A stretch of 64,000 bases of DNA from Micavibrio sp. TMED2 (GTDB lineage: Bacteria; Pseudomonadota; Alphaproteobacteria; TMED2), in the NCBI GenBank assembly GCA_002168225.1, contig NHBH01000009.1, positions 785,115 to 849,114 of the forward strand, given 5' to 3'. How positions within the stretch are numbered: position 1 is the stretch's first letter; each line of letters begins with the position of its first letter. Under the pieces are notes generated by a model. It did no database searches. It saw nothing but the letters and a program-made list of their open reading frames with translations, and was not told where the DNA came from. Shown in pieces: positions 50,172-60,883 of the stretch. Position numbers and translations under genes: made by a program.

Positions 50172-51683
50172 ATGCCAGATCAGAACCCCGCGCCGCGCAA
50201 GTCCATTGACAATAATGACGACAGGATCGCCGTTATCGATATTGGCTCGAACTCCGTCCGTCTGGTTGTCTTTGATCGGCTTGATCGCACGCCGTTGACC
50301 CTGTTCAACGAGAAACAGATGTGCGGGCTTGGCCGTGGTCTTGCCAAGAATGGGCACCTTAATCCCGAGGGCAAGGCACTGGCGGCCAAAACACTCACGC
50401 GATTTTCCAGCCTGCTATCCAGGCTTGGGGTAAGCACTGTTTTTGCGACTGCTACTGCGGCGCTGCGGACGGCTGAAGATGGTGTGGAGTTTGCCAATAA
50501 GCTTCACCGTGATACCGGACTGGATATTGAGGTGATTTCGGGTGAGGAAGAGGCACGCCTTGCCGCCATGGGGGTTATCGCCGGGATGCCCGATGCCGAT
50601 GGCATTGTCGGTGACCTCGGCGGTGGGTCGCTGGAGCTGGTCTCGGTTGCCGATCAACAGCATCACCATCACACCAGCCTGCCGCTCGGCCCGTTCAAGT
50701 TCCCCGATAGCTTCAAGAACCAGAAAGAAGCAGCCGAATATATCCGCAAGCAGTTTGCCGCCTGTGACTGGCTGAAGGAAAAGCGCGGCAAGCGGCTATA
50801 TGCGGTGGGTGGTGCATGGCGGGCCATTGCCAAGGCGCATATGGAGCAGGTCAAGCACCCGATCCATATCGTCCATGCTTATGCCATGCCCTATGCCGAG
50901 GCGGTGGATTTCACCGATCTGTTGTCGAAACAGTCACGCAGCTCGTTGGAAAAGATGTCGAGCCTGTCCAGTCGCCGGATTGATGTCATTCCCCATGCTG
51001 CCCTGCTGATGCGCGTATTGCTTGAGGAATTGCGACCGAAGGAATTGTCGTTCTCGTCCTATGGCCTGCGAGAAGGGCTGATGTTCGACCGTCTGGATGC
51101 AAAGCAGCAGGCGCTTGACCCCTTGCTCTATTCCTGCCGCTCGATCGAGGCGCGCAACAGCCGGTTTGACGGTTCGGCGGCACTGTTCCGCTGGACCAGA
51201 AGCCTGTTTCCCGAGGAGACCGCATCGGAAGAGCGATTGCGCCGGGCGTCCTGTCTGCTCAGTGACTTCTGTTGGGCTGAGCACCCCGACTACCGTGCCG
51301 AACATGCCTTCCTGCGGGTCTTGCGCTCGACCATGGTCGGCATCACTCACCCGGAGCGGGTCTTTCTGGCAACGGTGCTGCATCGCCGCTATGGCGGTAA
51401 GTTCGATGCCCATGCAGTTGCATCCCATGTGCTGGATGACCGTCTGCATCGTAAGGCGGAATTGCTCGGTAACGCACTGAGACTGGGGCAGAATCTGTGT
51501 GGCGGTGCTGAAAACGTACTCGATCACATGCCGCTCATTCTCAATGACAAGCGCCTGATCCTGCAGGTGCCGGCGGCATTTTCCGACCTCGTGACCGACG
51601 TGGTTGAGCGGCGTCTCAATGCCGTTGCCAAGGTTGTCGGCGTCAATCCGGCCATCGAGCCTTCGACGGACGAGGCGGCATAG
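50172..51683 (+). CDS. ppx: Ppx/GppA exopolyphosphatase
   Basis: IDIGSNSVRL, ATAALR, SGEEEA, DLGGGSLE, GLREG. Confidence 0.93.
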   Translation: MPDQNPAPRKSIDNNDDRIAVIDIGSNSVRLVVFDRLDRTPLTLFNEKQMCGLGRGLAKNGHLNPEGKALAAKTLTRFSSLLSRLGVSTVFATATAALRTAEDGVEFANKLHRDTGLDIEVISGEEEARLAAMGVIAGMPDADGIVGDLGGGSLELVSVADQQHHHHTSLPLGPFKFPDSFKNQKEAAEYIRKQFAACDWLKEKRGKRLYAVGGAWRAIAKAHMEQVKHPIHIVHAYAMPYAEAVDFTDLLSKQSRSSLEKMSSLSSRRIDVIPHAALLMRVLLEELRPKELSFSSYGLREGLMFDRLDAKQQALDPLLYSCRSIEARNSRFDGSAALFRWTRSLFPEETASEERLRRASCLLSDFCWAEHPDYRAEHAFLRVLRSTMVGITHPERVFLATVLHRRYGGKFDAHAVASHVLDDRLHRKAELLGNALRLGQNLCGGAENVLDHMPLILNDKRLILQVPAAFSDLVTDVVERRLNAVAKVVGVNPAIEPSTDEAA

Positions 51684-51786
51684 CTCCTGCTGATGTCAGC
51701 TTTTGAATTCTGTCTAAAAATGGGCAGCTTTCTTAAAACGGGCGTATACGAACATGAGTGATTGACGCAAACAGGAGTTCTCCCCC

Positions 51787-52209
51787 ATGCGCGCAGCATT
51801 TCTTCGTTCAGATTCAGTTGAGACCGTAACCCTTGAGGCAATTGGCGCCGCGACGGCAGCCAGCAAGATTGTCGCCAATGACAGCAACGAGCCGGGCGTG
51901 AAGCCTGCCGACCTCAGTGCCCGCATCGCCGCCGTGCTCAAGCGCGATGGTGCCAGCACCGATCCGGCCACCAAGGACATGACCGATTTCCTCAAGCGTA
52001 TCGGCCCTGATCTGGGCATGGTCGCCTCGGCCCCATACCGCACTGAGCCATGGGCCCAGCGGGTTCATGGCATGATCCGCAACTCTGCCGGTCCGGCGGA
52101 AGAGCTGTACAAGCGCCATTTCCGAGACTCCGAAGTCCCCGCGAGCAATCCGGCAGCCCATGTGCCTGCCAAGCTCGAGAATACCTTTCAGGCACGCGCA
52201 CAAATCTGA
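51787..52209 (+). CDS. Hypothetical 140-aa protein
   Basis: AGGAG SD upstream, host-like codon usage, terminator downstream; no family recognised. Confidence 0.65.
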   Translation: MRAAFLRSDSVETVTLEAIGAATAASKIVANDSNEPGVKPADLSARIAAVLKRDGASTDPATKDMTDFLKRIGPDLGMVASAPYRTEPWAQRVHGMIRNSAGPAEELYKRHFRDSEVPASNPAAHVPAKLENTFQARAQI

Positions 52210-52234
52210 TTGTTGCCCCTGATGCCAGACAAAC

Positions 52235-52268
52235 AAAAGCCGCTGATAATCGCATCAGCGGCTTTTTT
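52235..52268. terminator. Bidirectional intrinsic terminator
   Basis: AAAAGCCGCTGAT-aatcgc-ATCAGCGGCTTTT(TT) between the convergent orphan and rnd. Confidence 0.85.
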
Positions 52269-52294
52269 GTTGGCCCAAGCGTAATCTGGAGGCG

Positions 52295-53458
52295 TCAAAC
52301 CTCGAACTCGACCACCTTGCCATCCTTCATCGCCAGCGCCAGTTCTCCGCGCATCAGGCGTTCGGCGGGCTCACCGAAGACGGCGCGGCGCCAGCCACGC
52401 AGGGCGGCAATATCCTTGGCATCGCCGGTGCCGTTGATGGCGAAATCAGCCAGCCCCTCAAGCTCGGAAGAGGTGGCAACCATCTTTGAGGCGACGCCAT
52501 GGGCGGCACAGCGGCCTTTCAGCAGGACCTTGAGTAACTCAACCGAAGCAGCTGCCTTACTGTTGATCGGTTTTTTGCGCTCCAGCTTTGGACGTTTATC
52601 GCTCGGGGTATCCATGGCCTGTTGAATAACCTTTAGCAGGGCTTCTCCGGTTTTTCCCTTGGCATTGCCGCCGAGACCGCGAATACGGCCAAGGCTGTCA
52701 GCATTTGTCGGGCGCTGAGCCGCCAGTTCGAGGATCACATCATCACGCAGCACGCGGTTACGCGGCAGATTGCGTTGCTGGGCCTCGGTCTCGCGCCATG
52801 TGGCCAGCATCTGGGCGGTCAGGACGAACAGCGGTTCGGTACTGCGCAGCTTCAGACGCTGCCAGGCATCTTCCGGTTTCATCTCATAGGTTGCGGAATC
52901 GGTGAGAATATCCATTTCCTCACGCACCCATGCCTCGCGTCCCTGTTTGGCGATCTGCTTGGCAAGGTGTTCGTAGATCACCCGCAGATGGGTGACATCG
53001 CCGAGGGCATATTTGATCTGTTTCTGGGTCAGGGGGCGGCGCGACCAGTCGGTAAACCGGTTGCTTTTGTCCAGTGTCTGGTGAGCGATTTCCCGAACGA
53101 GCTGTTCATAGCCAACGCTCTCGCCATAGCCACAGACCATGGCGGCAATCTGGCTGTCAAACAGCGGGGTCGGAACTTTTCCCATCAGTTGATAGAAAAT
53201 CTCCAGATCCTGCCGGGCGGCGTGGAAGACCTTGAGTATCTTGGGATTGGAGAGCAGGTCGAAAAGCGGTTGTAGGTCGATGCCATCGGCGAGGGGGTCG
53301 ATACAGACGGCCTCGTCCTTGCCGGCGATCTGGACAAGGCAGAGTTTGGCGTAATAGGTGCTGTCGCGCAGAAACTCGGTATCAACAGTCAAGTAGGGCT
53401 CATCGCGCAAACGTTCTGCCAGCGCGGCGAGGTCGTCAGATTTTGTAATGACGGGCAT
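52295..53458 (-). CDS. rnd: Ribonuclease D
   Basis: VDTEF, LCLVQIA, HAARQDLE, FDSQ, DWSRRPL, YALGDV, HRDC domain, GWR. Confidence 0.95.
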   Translation of the reverse strand: MPVITKSDDLAALAERLRDEPYLTVDTEFLRDSTYYAKLCLVQIAGKDEAVCIDPLADGIDLQPLFDLLSNPKILKVFHAARQDLEIFYQLMGKVPTPLFDSQIAAMVCGYGESVGYEQLVREIAHQTLDKSNRFTDWSRRPLTQKQIKYALGDVTHLRVIYEHLAKQIAKQGREAWVREEMDILTDSATYEMKPEDAWQRLKLRSTEPLFVLTAQMLATWRETEAQQRNLPRNRVLRDDVILELAAQRPTNADSLGRIRGLGGNAKGKTGEALLKVIQQAMDTPSDKRPKLERKKPINSKAAASVELLKVLLKGRCAAHGVASKMVATSSELEGLADFAINGTGDAKDIAALRGWRRAVFGEPAERLMRGELALAMKDGKVVEFEV

Positions 53459-53561
53459 ACATATCCGTATGTGGTAACGGTCAGTGAATATTGTCGGGAA
53501 TTTAAACCCAGAGCTTGTAAGCGACAAGAAATTCGCTCGTCGCTTCCGTTAACGTCAACCG

Positions 53562-54386
53562 TTACAACCGGTTCCGATGCCAGTTGATATGGTCCTGCAT
53601 GAAGCTGGCAACAAAATAGTAGCTGTGATCATAGTCACGCTGCATTCTGATGGTTCCGGCAGTCCGTGTCTCGGCAATCGCATTGGCCAGTGCTTCCGGC
53701 TTTAGCAGTTCCAGAAACTGATCATCGGTCCCCTGATCGATCAGGATGTCTCGCGCCCAGCCCTTGCCATCCAGCAGCAGGGTTGAGTCGTGTTCCTGCC
53801 AGTCGGCTTCATTCGGACCGAGATAGGCGGATAGCTGTTTTCTGCCCCAGTCGGATGCGGTTGGATGGGCAATCGGGGCAAAGGCTGACACCGATTTGTA
53901 CAAATCCGGTTTGCGCATGGCGAGGGTGAGGGCGCCATGCCCGCCCATGGAATGGCCGGTAATGCCCTGACGGTCAGGATCAATCGCAAATTCCTTCACC
54001 ACCAGCTTCTGTAATTCACTGGTGATGTAGGAATACATGCTGAAATGCGGAGCCCAGGGTTTCTCGGTCGCATCAACATAGAAACCGGCACCCTGACCGA
54101 GGTCATAGGCGTCGTCATCGGCGACATTTTCACCGCGCGGGGAGGTATCTGGAAAGATGATGGCGATACCGGCCTCGGCAGCCCATGCCTGTGCGCCTGC
54201 TTTGGTCATGGCGTTTTCATGGGTGCAGGTGAGGCCGGAGAGGTACCACAGACATGGCACTTTGCCGTGCTCTGCCTGTGGCGGCATATAGACGGCAAAG
54301 GTCATCTCACCGCGACAGGCACTCGACTTGTGTTTGTAAACGCCCTGAACGCCGCCGAAACAGCGGTTCTCCGAAACGAGTTCCAT
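53562..54386 (-). CDS. fghA: S-formylglutathione hydrolase
   Basis: YLSGLTC, PDTSPRG, GHSMGGHG, YDHSYYF. Confidence 0.96.
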   Translation of the reverse strand: MELVSENRCFGGVQGVYKHKSSACRGEMTFAVYMPPQAEHGKVPCLWYLSGLTCTHENAMTKAGAQAWAAEAGIAIIFPDTSPRGENVADDDAYDLGQGAGFYVDATEKPWAPHFSMYSYITSELQKLVVKEFAIDPDRQGITGHSMGGHGALTLAMRKPDLYKSVSAFAPIAHPTASDWGRKQLSAYLGPNEADWQEHDSTLLLDGKGWARDILIDQGTDDQFLELLKPEALANAIAETRTAGTIRMQRDYDHSYYFVASFMQDHINWHRNRL

Positions 54387-54428
54387 TGGAAAGTTTCCTG
54401 GTTTGTCTTGTGTGACTAGCTGGCGGGA

Positions 54429-55541
54429 TCAGTAGGTGACGACAGCGCGGATCGACTTGCCCTGATGCATCAGGTCAAAGCCCTTGTTGATGTCTTCCAG
54501 CGGCATGGTGTGGGTGATCATCGGGTCGATCTCGATCTTGCCTTCCATGTACCAGTCGACGATTTTCGGCACATCGGTCCGGCCACGGGCACCACCGAAG
54601 GCCGTGCCGCGCCAGCTCCGGCCAGTAACCAGCTGGAACGGACGGGTGGAGATTTCAGCACCGGCAGGGGCAACACCGATGATAATGCTCTCGCCCCAAC
54701 CCTTATGGGCGCATTCGAGGGCATTGCGCATCACCTGCACATTGCCGGTAGCATCAAAGGTGTAATCGGCACCGCCCTTTGTCAAATCCACGAGGTAAGG
54801 GACGAGATCGCCTTCGACCTGATTGGGGTTGACGAAGTGGGTCATGCCGAAACGCTTGGCCATATCGACCTTGCCTTCGTTGAGATCGACGCCAACGATC
54901 ATATCGGCACCAGCGAGGCGCAGACCCTGAATGACATTGAGGCCAATGCCGCCAAGGCCGAACACGATACATTTCGAGCCGATTTCAACCTTCGCGGTGT
55001 GAATCACGGCACCGATGCCGGTGGTGACGCCGCAGCCGATATAGCAGACCTTGTCGAACGGCGCGTCGGAGCGGATTTTCGCCAGCGCGATTTCCGGCAG
55101 TACCGTGTGATTGGAGAAGGTAGAGCAGCCCATATAGTGCAGGATCGGCTCGCCATCGAGATTGGTGAATCGGGAGGTGCCATCAGGCATCACGCCCTGA
55201 CCTTGGGTAGTGCGGATCGCCTGACACAGGTTGGTTTTCGGATGCAGGCAATATTCGCACTCACGGCATTCCGGGGTATAGAGCGGGATTACGTGATCGC
55301 CGGGCTTGAGCGAGGTGACGCCTTCGCCGACTTCCAGCACGATACCGGCACCCTCATGGCCGAGAATGGCCGGGAATGCGCCTTCTGGATCGGCGCCGGA
55401 CAGGGTGAACTGGTCGGTATGGCAGATACCGGTTGCCTTGATCTCGACCAGAACCTCACCCGCCTTCGGGCCTTCCAGATTCACTTCTTCAACCGACAGG
55501 GGTTTGCCTGCGGCATATGCTACGGCGGCGCGTGTTCTCAT
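54429..55541 (-). CDS. frmA: S-(hydroxymethyl)glutathione dehydrogenase / class III alcohol dehydrogenase
   Basis: CHTD, GHEG, CRECEYC...[13 protein letters not shown]. Confidence 0.95.
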   Translation of the reverse strand: MRTRAAVAYAAGKPLSVEEVNLEGPKAGEVLVEIKATGICHTDQFTLSGADPEGAFPAILGHEGAGIVLEVGEGVTSLKPGDHVIPLYTPECRECEYCLHPKTNLCQAIRTTQGQGVMPDGTSRFTNLDGEPILHYMGCSTFSNHTVLPEIALAKIRSDAPFDKVCYIGCGVTTGIGAVIHTAKVEIGSKCIVFGLGGIGLNVIQGLRLAGADMIVGVDLNEGKVDMAKRFGMTHFVNPNQVEGDLVPYLVDLTKGGADYTFDATGNVQVMRNALECAHKGWGESIIIGVAPAGAEISTRPFQLVTGRSWRGTAFGGARGRTDVPKIVDWYMEGKIEIDPMITHTMPLEDINKGFDLMHQGKSIRAVVTY

Positions 55542-55737
55542 GGGTAGTGTCCTCGGATTGGGGCTCGAAAGCTGGTGAATCCAGCAACTTATGAATAGGG
55601 CGGTATACATAATCGAAAATCCGCCACGGGTAAATTGCTGTCACAAGTGTAATGGTGGCTTGACTTCGCGTGGCGAACGGTGTGGTTTCCCGGCAATCAA
55701 TCCCTTTTCCGTCCAGACTTGGTAGCAATCAATGACC

Positions 55738-57549
55738 ATGCACGCCTATCGTACCCATACCTGTGGTGAACTCCGCGCCGATCATGTTGACGACACCGTC
55801 CGCCTGTCCGGCTGGATCAATCGCAAGCGCGACCATGGTCAGCTGCTGTTTATCGATCTGCGCGACCGTTACGGCATCACACAGGTTGTCACCACGGTGA
55901 ACAGCGATGTGTTCAAGGCACTGGAATCAGCCCGGCTGGAAACTGTCATCACCGTGACCGGCAAGGTGGTCAAGCGAAGCGCCGAGACCACAAACAGCAA
56001 TATCCCGACCGGCGAGATCGAGGTTCAGGTGCTGGAACTGGAAATCCAGTCCCATGCCGATACCCTGCCGCTGCAGGTCAATTCCGATGAGGATTACGGC
56101 GAGGAAATCCGCCTGCGCTATCGTTATCTCGACCTGCGCCGGGCCAAGATGCAGCGGAATATCGAGCTGCGTTCCAAGGTTATCTCGTCAATCCGCCAGC
56201 GCATGATCGATCAGGGCTTCATGGAGTTCCAGACTCCGATCCTGACCGCATCTTCCCCCGAGGGTGCCCGCGATTATCTCGTGCCGTCACGGGTTCATCC
56301 CGGCAAGTTCTATGCCCTGCCACAGGCACCACAGCAGTTCAAACAGCTGCTGATGATGAGCGGTTTCGACAAGTACTTCCAGATCGCCCCATGTTTCCGC
56401 GATGAGGACAGCCGCGCCGACCGTAGCCCCGGTGAGTTCTATCAGCTCGATTTCGAGATGAGCTTTGTTACTCAGGAAGATGTCTTCAATGCCATCGAGC
56501 CGGTGCTGCACGGTATCTTTGAAGAATTCTCCGACTTTTCCGGCACCAAGCGCGCTGTGACCAAGCCGCCATTCCCGCGTATCCCGTTCGATGAAGCGAT
56601 GCTGAAATACGGTTCCGATAAGCCGGACCTGCGCAACCCGCTGGAAATCGTCGACGTGACCGAGATTTTCGAGCGTGACGATGTTGAGTTCAAGGCATTC
56701 AAGGGCGTGATCGCCAATGGCGGCGTCGTCCGTGCTCTGCCGGTGCCCGGCGTTGCCGACAAGCCGCGCAGCTTCTTCGACAAGCTGAATGACTGGGCGC
56801 GCGGTGAGGGGGCTGTGGGCCTCGGCTACATCACCTTCGCCGATGGCGAGGGCAAGGGGCCGATTGCCAAATTTGTGCCACCAGCGGCTCAGGCGCAGCT
56901 GAAAGAACTCGCCGGTCTCAAGGATGGCGATGCTGTGTTCTTCGCCTGTGACAAACCGGGCGCTGCGGCCAAGCTGATTGGCGCTGCCCGCACCAAGATC
57001 GGCCATGATCTCGAGCTGATCGATCCGAACGAATACAAGTTCTGCTGGATCGTCGACTTCCCGATGTATGAAATGGATGAGGACACCGGCAAGATCGAGT
57101 TCAGTCACAACCCGTTCTCCATGCCGCAGGGTGGTCTCGAAGCACTGGAAAATCAGGACCCGCTCACCATCAAGGCGTATCAGTACGATATCGTCTGTAA
57201 CGGCGTTGAGCTGTCTTCCGGTGCCATCCGGAACCACCGCCCCGACATCATGGTCAAGGCATTCGACATTGCCGGTTATCCGGAGAGCGTGTTGGAAGAG
57301 CGCTTCGGCGGCATGCTGTCAGCCATGAAGTTCGGCGCCCCGCCGCATGGTGGTTCCGCACCGGGCATCGACCGTATTGTCATGCTGCTGGCTGATGAGC
57401 CGAATATCCGTGAGGTTATCACCTTCCCGATGAACCAGAAGGCGGAAGACCTGCTCATGGGGGCACCGGCAGAGGTTGAGCCAGAGCGCCTGAAAGAGCT
57501 GCATATCAAGCTGAACCTGCCAAAGGTCAAAGTAGCCGAAGCCAGCTAA
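55738..57549 (+). CDS. aspS: Aspartate--tRNA ligase (probably non-discriminating, RDHG)
   Basis: [36 protein letters not shown]...GIDR. Confidence 0.97.
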   Translation: MHAYRTHTCGELRADHVDDTVRLSGWINRKRDHGQLLFIDLRDRYGITQVVTTVNSDVFKALESARLETVITVTGKVVKRSAETTNSNIPTGEIEVQVLELEIQSHADTLPLQVNSDEDYGEEIRLRYRYLDLRRAKMQRNIELRSKVISSIRQRMIDQGFMEFQTPILTASSPEGARDYLVPSRVHPGKFYALPQAPQQFKQLLMMSGFDKYFQIAPCFRDEDSRADRSPGEFYQLDFEMSFVTQEDVFNAIEPVLHGIFEEFSDFSGTKRAVTKPPFPRIPFDEAMLKYGSDKPDLRNPLEIVDVTEIFERDDVEFKAFKGVIANGGVVRALPVPGVADKPRSFFDKLNDWARGEGAVGLGYITFADGEGKGPIAKFVPPAAQAQLKELAGLKDGDAVFFACDKPGAAAKLIGAARTKIGHDLELIDPNEYKFCWIVDFPMYEMDEDTGKIEFSHNPFSMPQGGLEALENQDPLTIKAYQYDIVCNGVELSSGAIRNHRPDIMVKAFDIAGYPESVLEERFGGMLSAMKFGAPPHGGSAPGIDRIVMLLADEPNIREVITFPMNQKAEDLLMGAPAEVEPERLKELHIKLNLPKVKVAEAS

Positions 57550-57567
57550 CAGGAAAGGCCCGGCGCA

Positions 57568-58338
57568 ATGTTCGGAAGTGACAAAAACGCTCAAGACACG
57601 CTGAAGCAACTGCTGTCCGCGGTCGAGCGGATTGAGCAACGGCTCGACGGTCTGGATCAACGTCTGAACATGCTGGCCCAGCGCGATGTGCACTGGGGGC
57701 TGGTCTTTGCTACCCAGCAGCTTGAGAACCGGCAGATACTCTCGGATCGTCTCGGGGTTTCCAATGGTTGGCTGCCGCCGACGCGTGGTTGGGCGGCATC
57801 GCCTGACTTCCTCATGGTGGTCGCGCGCCTTGTTGATGAGGTCCAGCCGACCAATGTGGTCGAGTGCGGCAGCGGTGTTTCCACCATCACGCTGGCAAGG
57901 CTGCTGGCGGGCCAGTCCGACTGCAATATCGTCAGCTTTGATCATAATGAGGCATTCGCCAACCAGACAGCCGCCCTGTTGCAGGAACGCGGCTTGCCCG
58001 ATGGTACGGGCCTGACCATTGCCGCGGCCCCCCATGTGGAGCATGTGATCGGTGGCGAAACCTTCCTCTGGTACCAGACCGAGGGCGTGCCGCTCCCGGA
58101 ACAGATCGACCTGTTGCTGGTTGATGGGCCGATTGTCTCCAGTGACAATATGCTCGCGCGTTATCCGGCCCTGCCATTGCTGCATGACCGGTTGAGCGAC
58201 AAGGCGGTAATCGTGCTGGATGACGCCAACCGTCCCGGTGAACAGGCGACTCTGAAGCGCTGGCTTGAGGAATTCCCGGCATGGACATGTGAAATGGTCG
58301 GCACGGAAAAAGGTACAGCAATCCTGCGCCGAAAATGA
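57568..58338 (+). CDS. Class I SAM-dependent methyltransferase (Methyltransf_24-like) with N-terminal coiled coil
   Basis: VVECGSGVST motif I, SFDH, LLLVDGP, IVLDD. Confidence 0.8.
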   Translation: MFGSDKNAQDTLKQLLSAVERIEQRLDGLDQRLNMLAQRDVHWGLVFATQQLENRQILSDRLGVSNGWLPPTRGWAASPDFLMVVARLVDEVQPTNVVECGSGVSTITLARLLAGQSDCNIVSFDHNEAFANQTAALLQERGLPDGTGLTIAAAPHVEHVIGGETFLWYQTEGVPLPEQIDLLLVDGPIVSSDNMLARYPALPLLHDRLSDKAVIVLDDANRPGEQATLKRWLEEFPAWTCEMVGTEKGTAILRRK

Positions 58339-58452
58339 CCGGGACAGGTTAAGCCTGTTTTCAACGATTGTCGGTCTGGCGATCCCGTGGCACACTTCCC
58401 ATGTAGATAGTGGATGAATTCTACAGGCGGGAAGATGCGGAAGCGGATGCCA

Positions 58453-59349
58453 ATGACTGACCAGAACCGAAATTATCGTGGAAAATCAACAGTTAGGTCT
58501 GTTGCTCAGGATCGCTCATTCTGGTTGTGGAGCGGTGCCGCGGTCTTGCTGGTCGGTGGTGCGCTGTTCTCATTCGCTGCCAATGCCGCTCCGGCCGCCG
58601 ATGATCCGGCAGCAAAGTTTGCCGAGATTTTCCAGCCACACAAGGCAATCTACAAACTCACCATGACTGAGATTCGGAATCTGCAGAAGATTTCCTCGGT
58701 CAGCGGCGAGATGTTCTTCGAGTGGGGCGATGCCTGCGAGGCATGGACCACGACCCAGAAATTCCAGCTCGATTACAACTACACCGAAGGCGCCGGTCAG
58801 CGTTACGTCAGCGATTATTCATCATGGGAAGCCAAGGACGGGCAGAGCTTTTCCTTCACCTCCAAGAACCTGAACAATGGTCAGGTAAACCGGGTCTATC
58901 GCGGCAGTGCCGAGCGTGAGAAGAGCGGCAGCGGGGAAGTGGATTTCAGCCGCCCCGAGGAAAAGCAGATGCCGATCCCCAAGGGCTTTGTCTTCCCGTC
59001 CGAGCATACCTTCAAGCTGTTGCAGTCCGCCACGGCGGGCAAGAAGTTCTACAGTGCGGTGATGTTCGACGGCTCGGATGATGACGGCCCGATCCTGGTC
59101 AATGCGGTAATCGGCAACCCCATTGATGCCCTGACGGCGGATGATCAGGATAATGAAATGCTGCGCCCGGCTGGCTGGCCCGTACGCATGGCGTTCTTCG
59201 ATTTCAACAATGACGCCTCGGAAGCGAATTACGAGATGACCATCACGCTGCTGGAGAATGGCATCGTTCGGGATATGGAAATCGACTATGACGAGTTTAC
59301 GCTGAAGGGCGATCTCGTCACCATCGACGCACTCGACGGCTGCGAATAA
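58453..59349 (+). CDS. eipB: EipB/DUF1849 cell-envelope integrity protein
   Basis: PHKAIYKL, GDACEAW, SWEAKDG, FPSEH, FDGSD, LLENG, terminal Cys; start uncertain (58414-58453). Confidence 0.78.
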   Translation: MTDQNRNYRGKSTVRSVAQDRSFWLWSGAAVLLVGGALFSFAANAAPAADDPAAKFAEIFQPHKAIYKLTMTEIRNLQKISSVSGEMFFEWGDACEAWTTTQKFQLDYNYTEGAGQRYVSDYSSWEAKDGQSFSFTSKNLNNGQVNRVYRGSAEREKSGSGEVDFSRPEEKQMPIPKGFVFPSEHTFKLLQSATAGKKFYSAVMFDGSDDDGPILVNAVIGNPIDALTADDQDNEMLRPAGWPVRMAFFDFNNDASEANYEMTITLLENGIVRDMEIDYDEFTLKGDLVTIDALDGCE

Positions 59350-59355
59350 TCATTG

Positions 59356-60717
59356 TCAGCGTTTCTGACTATCCCGGTCTTTGGCGGCGGGCCGTTTTGT
59401 CGCCAGTGACCGCCCCTTGAGGATGGTGTCCTTGCCAAGCTTGCTGCGCAGGGTGTGCAGGGCATCCTCGAGTTTTCTGTGTTCATGCTCCGAGCGATAG
59501 GCGGCATCATGCTGATCCAATTCCAGATCACCGAACAATGCCTGCTGGGCCGTTGCCTCGCTTGAGGCGGCATTGCGCTGGTCGATCACGTCGAGGCCGA
59601 CGCCGAGCAGGCGATAGGGCGTGCCGTCCGCCAGCTTGTAGAGCATGGGGTGGGCAGCCTGATACAGGGTCTCGGCGCTGCGGATGTCTACCGGCAGTGT
59701 CTGGCTGCGGGTGATGGTTTTGAACTGGGCTGTCTTGACCTTGAGGGTCACGGTCTTGCCCTCATGGCCTTTCTCCCGCAACCGGTCCGCCACCCGTTCG
59801 CTAAGTCGCCATAGATGGCTGGCGAGGGTTGCCGGATCGCTGATATCGGTATCGAAGGTGATTTCCGCCGATACGCTCTTGGTCGCCCGGTCGGGCTTCA
59901 CCTCCCGGCTGTCGCGGCCATGGGCCAGATCATGCAGGCGCTGCCCCATCTTGCCATAGCGCCGGACCAGGTCGCTCTCGCTGCTGTTGCGGATATCCTG
60001 CAGGCTGCGGAAGCCGTCACGGGCCAGCTTTTCCTCGAATTTCTTGCCGACACCCCAGATGATGCTGACCGGCTGATTGGCCAGGAAACTGTCGGTTTCG
60101 GCTTGACCGATGATCGAGAATCCGCGCGGCTTGTCGCGGTCCGAGGCGATCTTGGCCAGAAACTTGTTATGGGACAGGCCGATTGACACCGTAATGCCAT
60201 GGGCCTGTTCGATATCGAGTGCCAGCCGGGCGAGGGTGACCGCCGGTGAGTGGCCATGCAGGCGTTCGGTGCCGCGCAGATCGATGAAGGCCTCATCAAT
60301 CGAGAGCGGTTCGACCGCAGGGGATACATCGAGCATCATCTGGCGCACCGCCCGACCGGTCTCGCTGTATTTTGCCATATTGGGCTTGATCACCACGGCA
60401 TCGGGGCAGCGCTCCAGTGCCTTGAACATCGGCATGGCCGAGCGGACACCATGCAGGCGGGCGACATAACAGGCGGTGGCAACCACCCCGCGCTTGCCGC
60501 CACCGATGATCACCGGCTTGTCCTGCAGCGATGGATCGTCACGTTTCTCGACCGAGGCAAAGAAGGCATCGCAATCCAGATGGGCAATCGCGAGCGTGCC
60601 CAGTTCGGGGTGTCGGAGCAGGCGGGTGGACTGGCAGGATGGGCAGTGTTTCTTGCCGGCATCCTCATCGCTCTCCGAAAACCTGAGGCAATCGCGGCAA
60701 AGCGTGGTCATTTGCAT
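59356..60717 (-). CDS. dinB: DNA polymerase IV (Y-family)
   Basis: N-terminal CRDC/CPSC, HLDCDAFFASVE, SIDEAF, AKIASD. Confidence 0.95.
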   Translation of the reverse strand: MQMTTLCRDCLRFSESDEDAGKKHCPSCQSTRLLRHPELGTLAIAHLDCDAFFASVEKRDDPSLQDKPVIIGGGKRGVVATACYVARLHGVRSAMPMFKALERCPDAVVIKPNMAKYSETGRAVRQMMLDVSPAVEPLSIDEAFIDLRGTERLHGHSPAVTLARLALDIEQAHGITVSIGLSHNKFLAKIASDRDKPRGFSIIGQAETDSFLANQPVSIIWGVGKKFEEKLARDGFRSLQDIRNSSESDLVRRYGKMGQRLHDLAHGRDSREVKPDRATKSVSAEITFDTDISDPATLASHLWRLSERVADRLREKGHEGKTVTLKVKTAQFKTITRSQTLPVDIRSAETLYQAAHPMLYKLADGTPYRLLGVGLDVIDQRNAASSEATAQQALFGDLELDQHDAAYRSEHEHRKLEDALHTLRSKLGKDTILKGRSLATKRPAAKDRDSQKR

Positions 60718-60883
60718 GGAAAAGCGCTACTCTTGCCCTGTCTTGTCACTCTTGCTGTACCGTCATTGAATGCGTCGTCATCCCGCCGATCCTGATAGTA
60801 TATCAGGCACGATCCTGTATGCGCCAAATTCCAGATTGTCCGCGCCGGTAAATCTGCCTGTACTGCCACCATTGCTGCCGGAT

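Noticed and set aside
58349-58365. CtrA-like TTAA-N7-TTCA upstream of eipB
   Set aside because: The second half-site is mismatched; not distinguishable from chance by eye.
60625-60705. Zn-finger at the DinB N-terminus
   Set aside because: This is a usual feature of alphaproteobacterial DinB.
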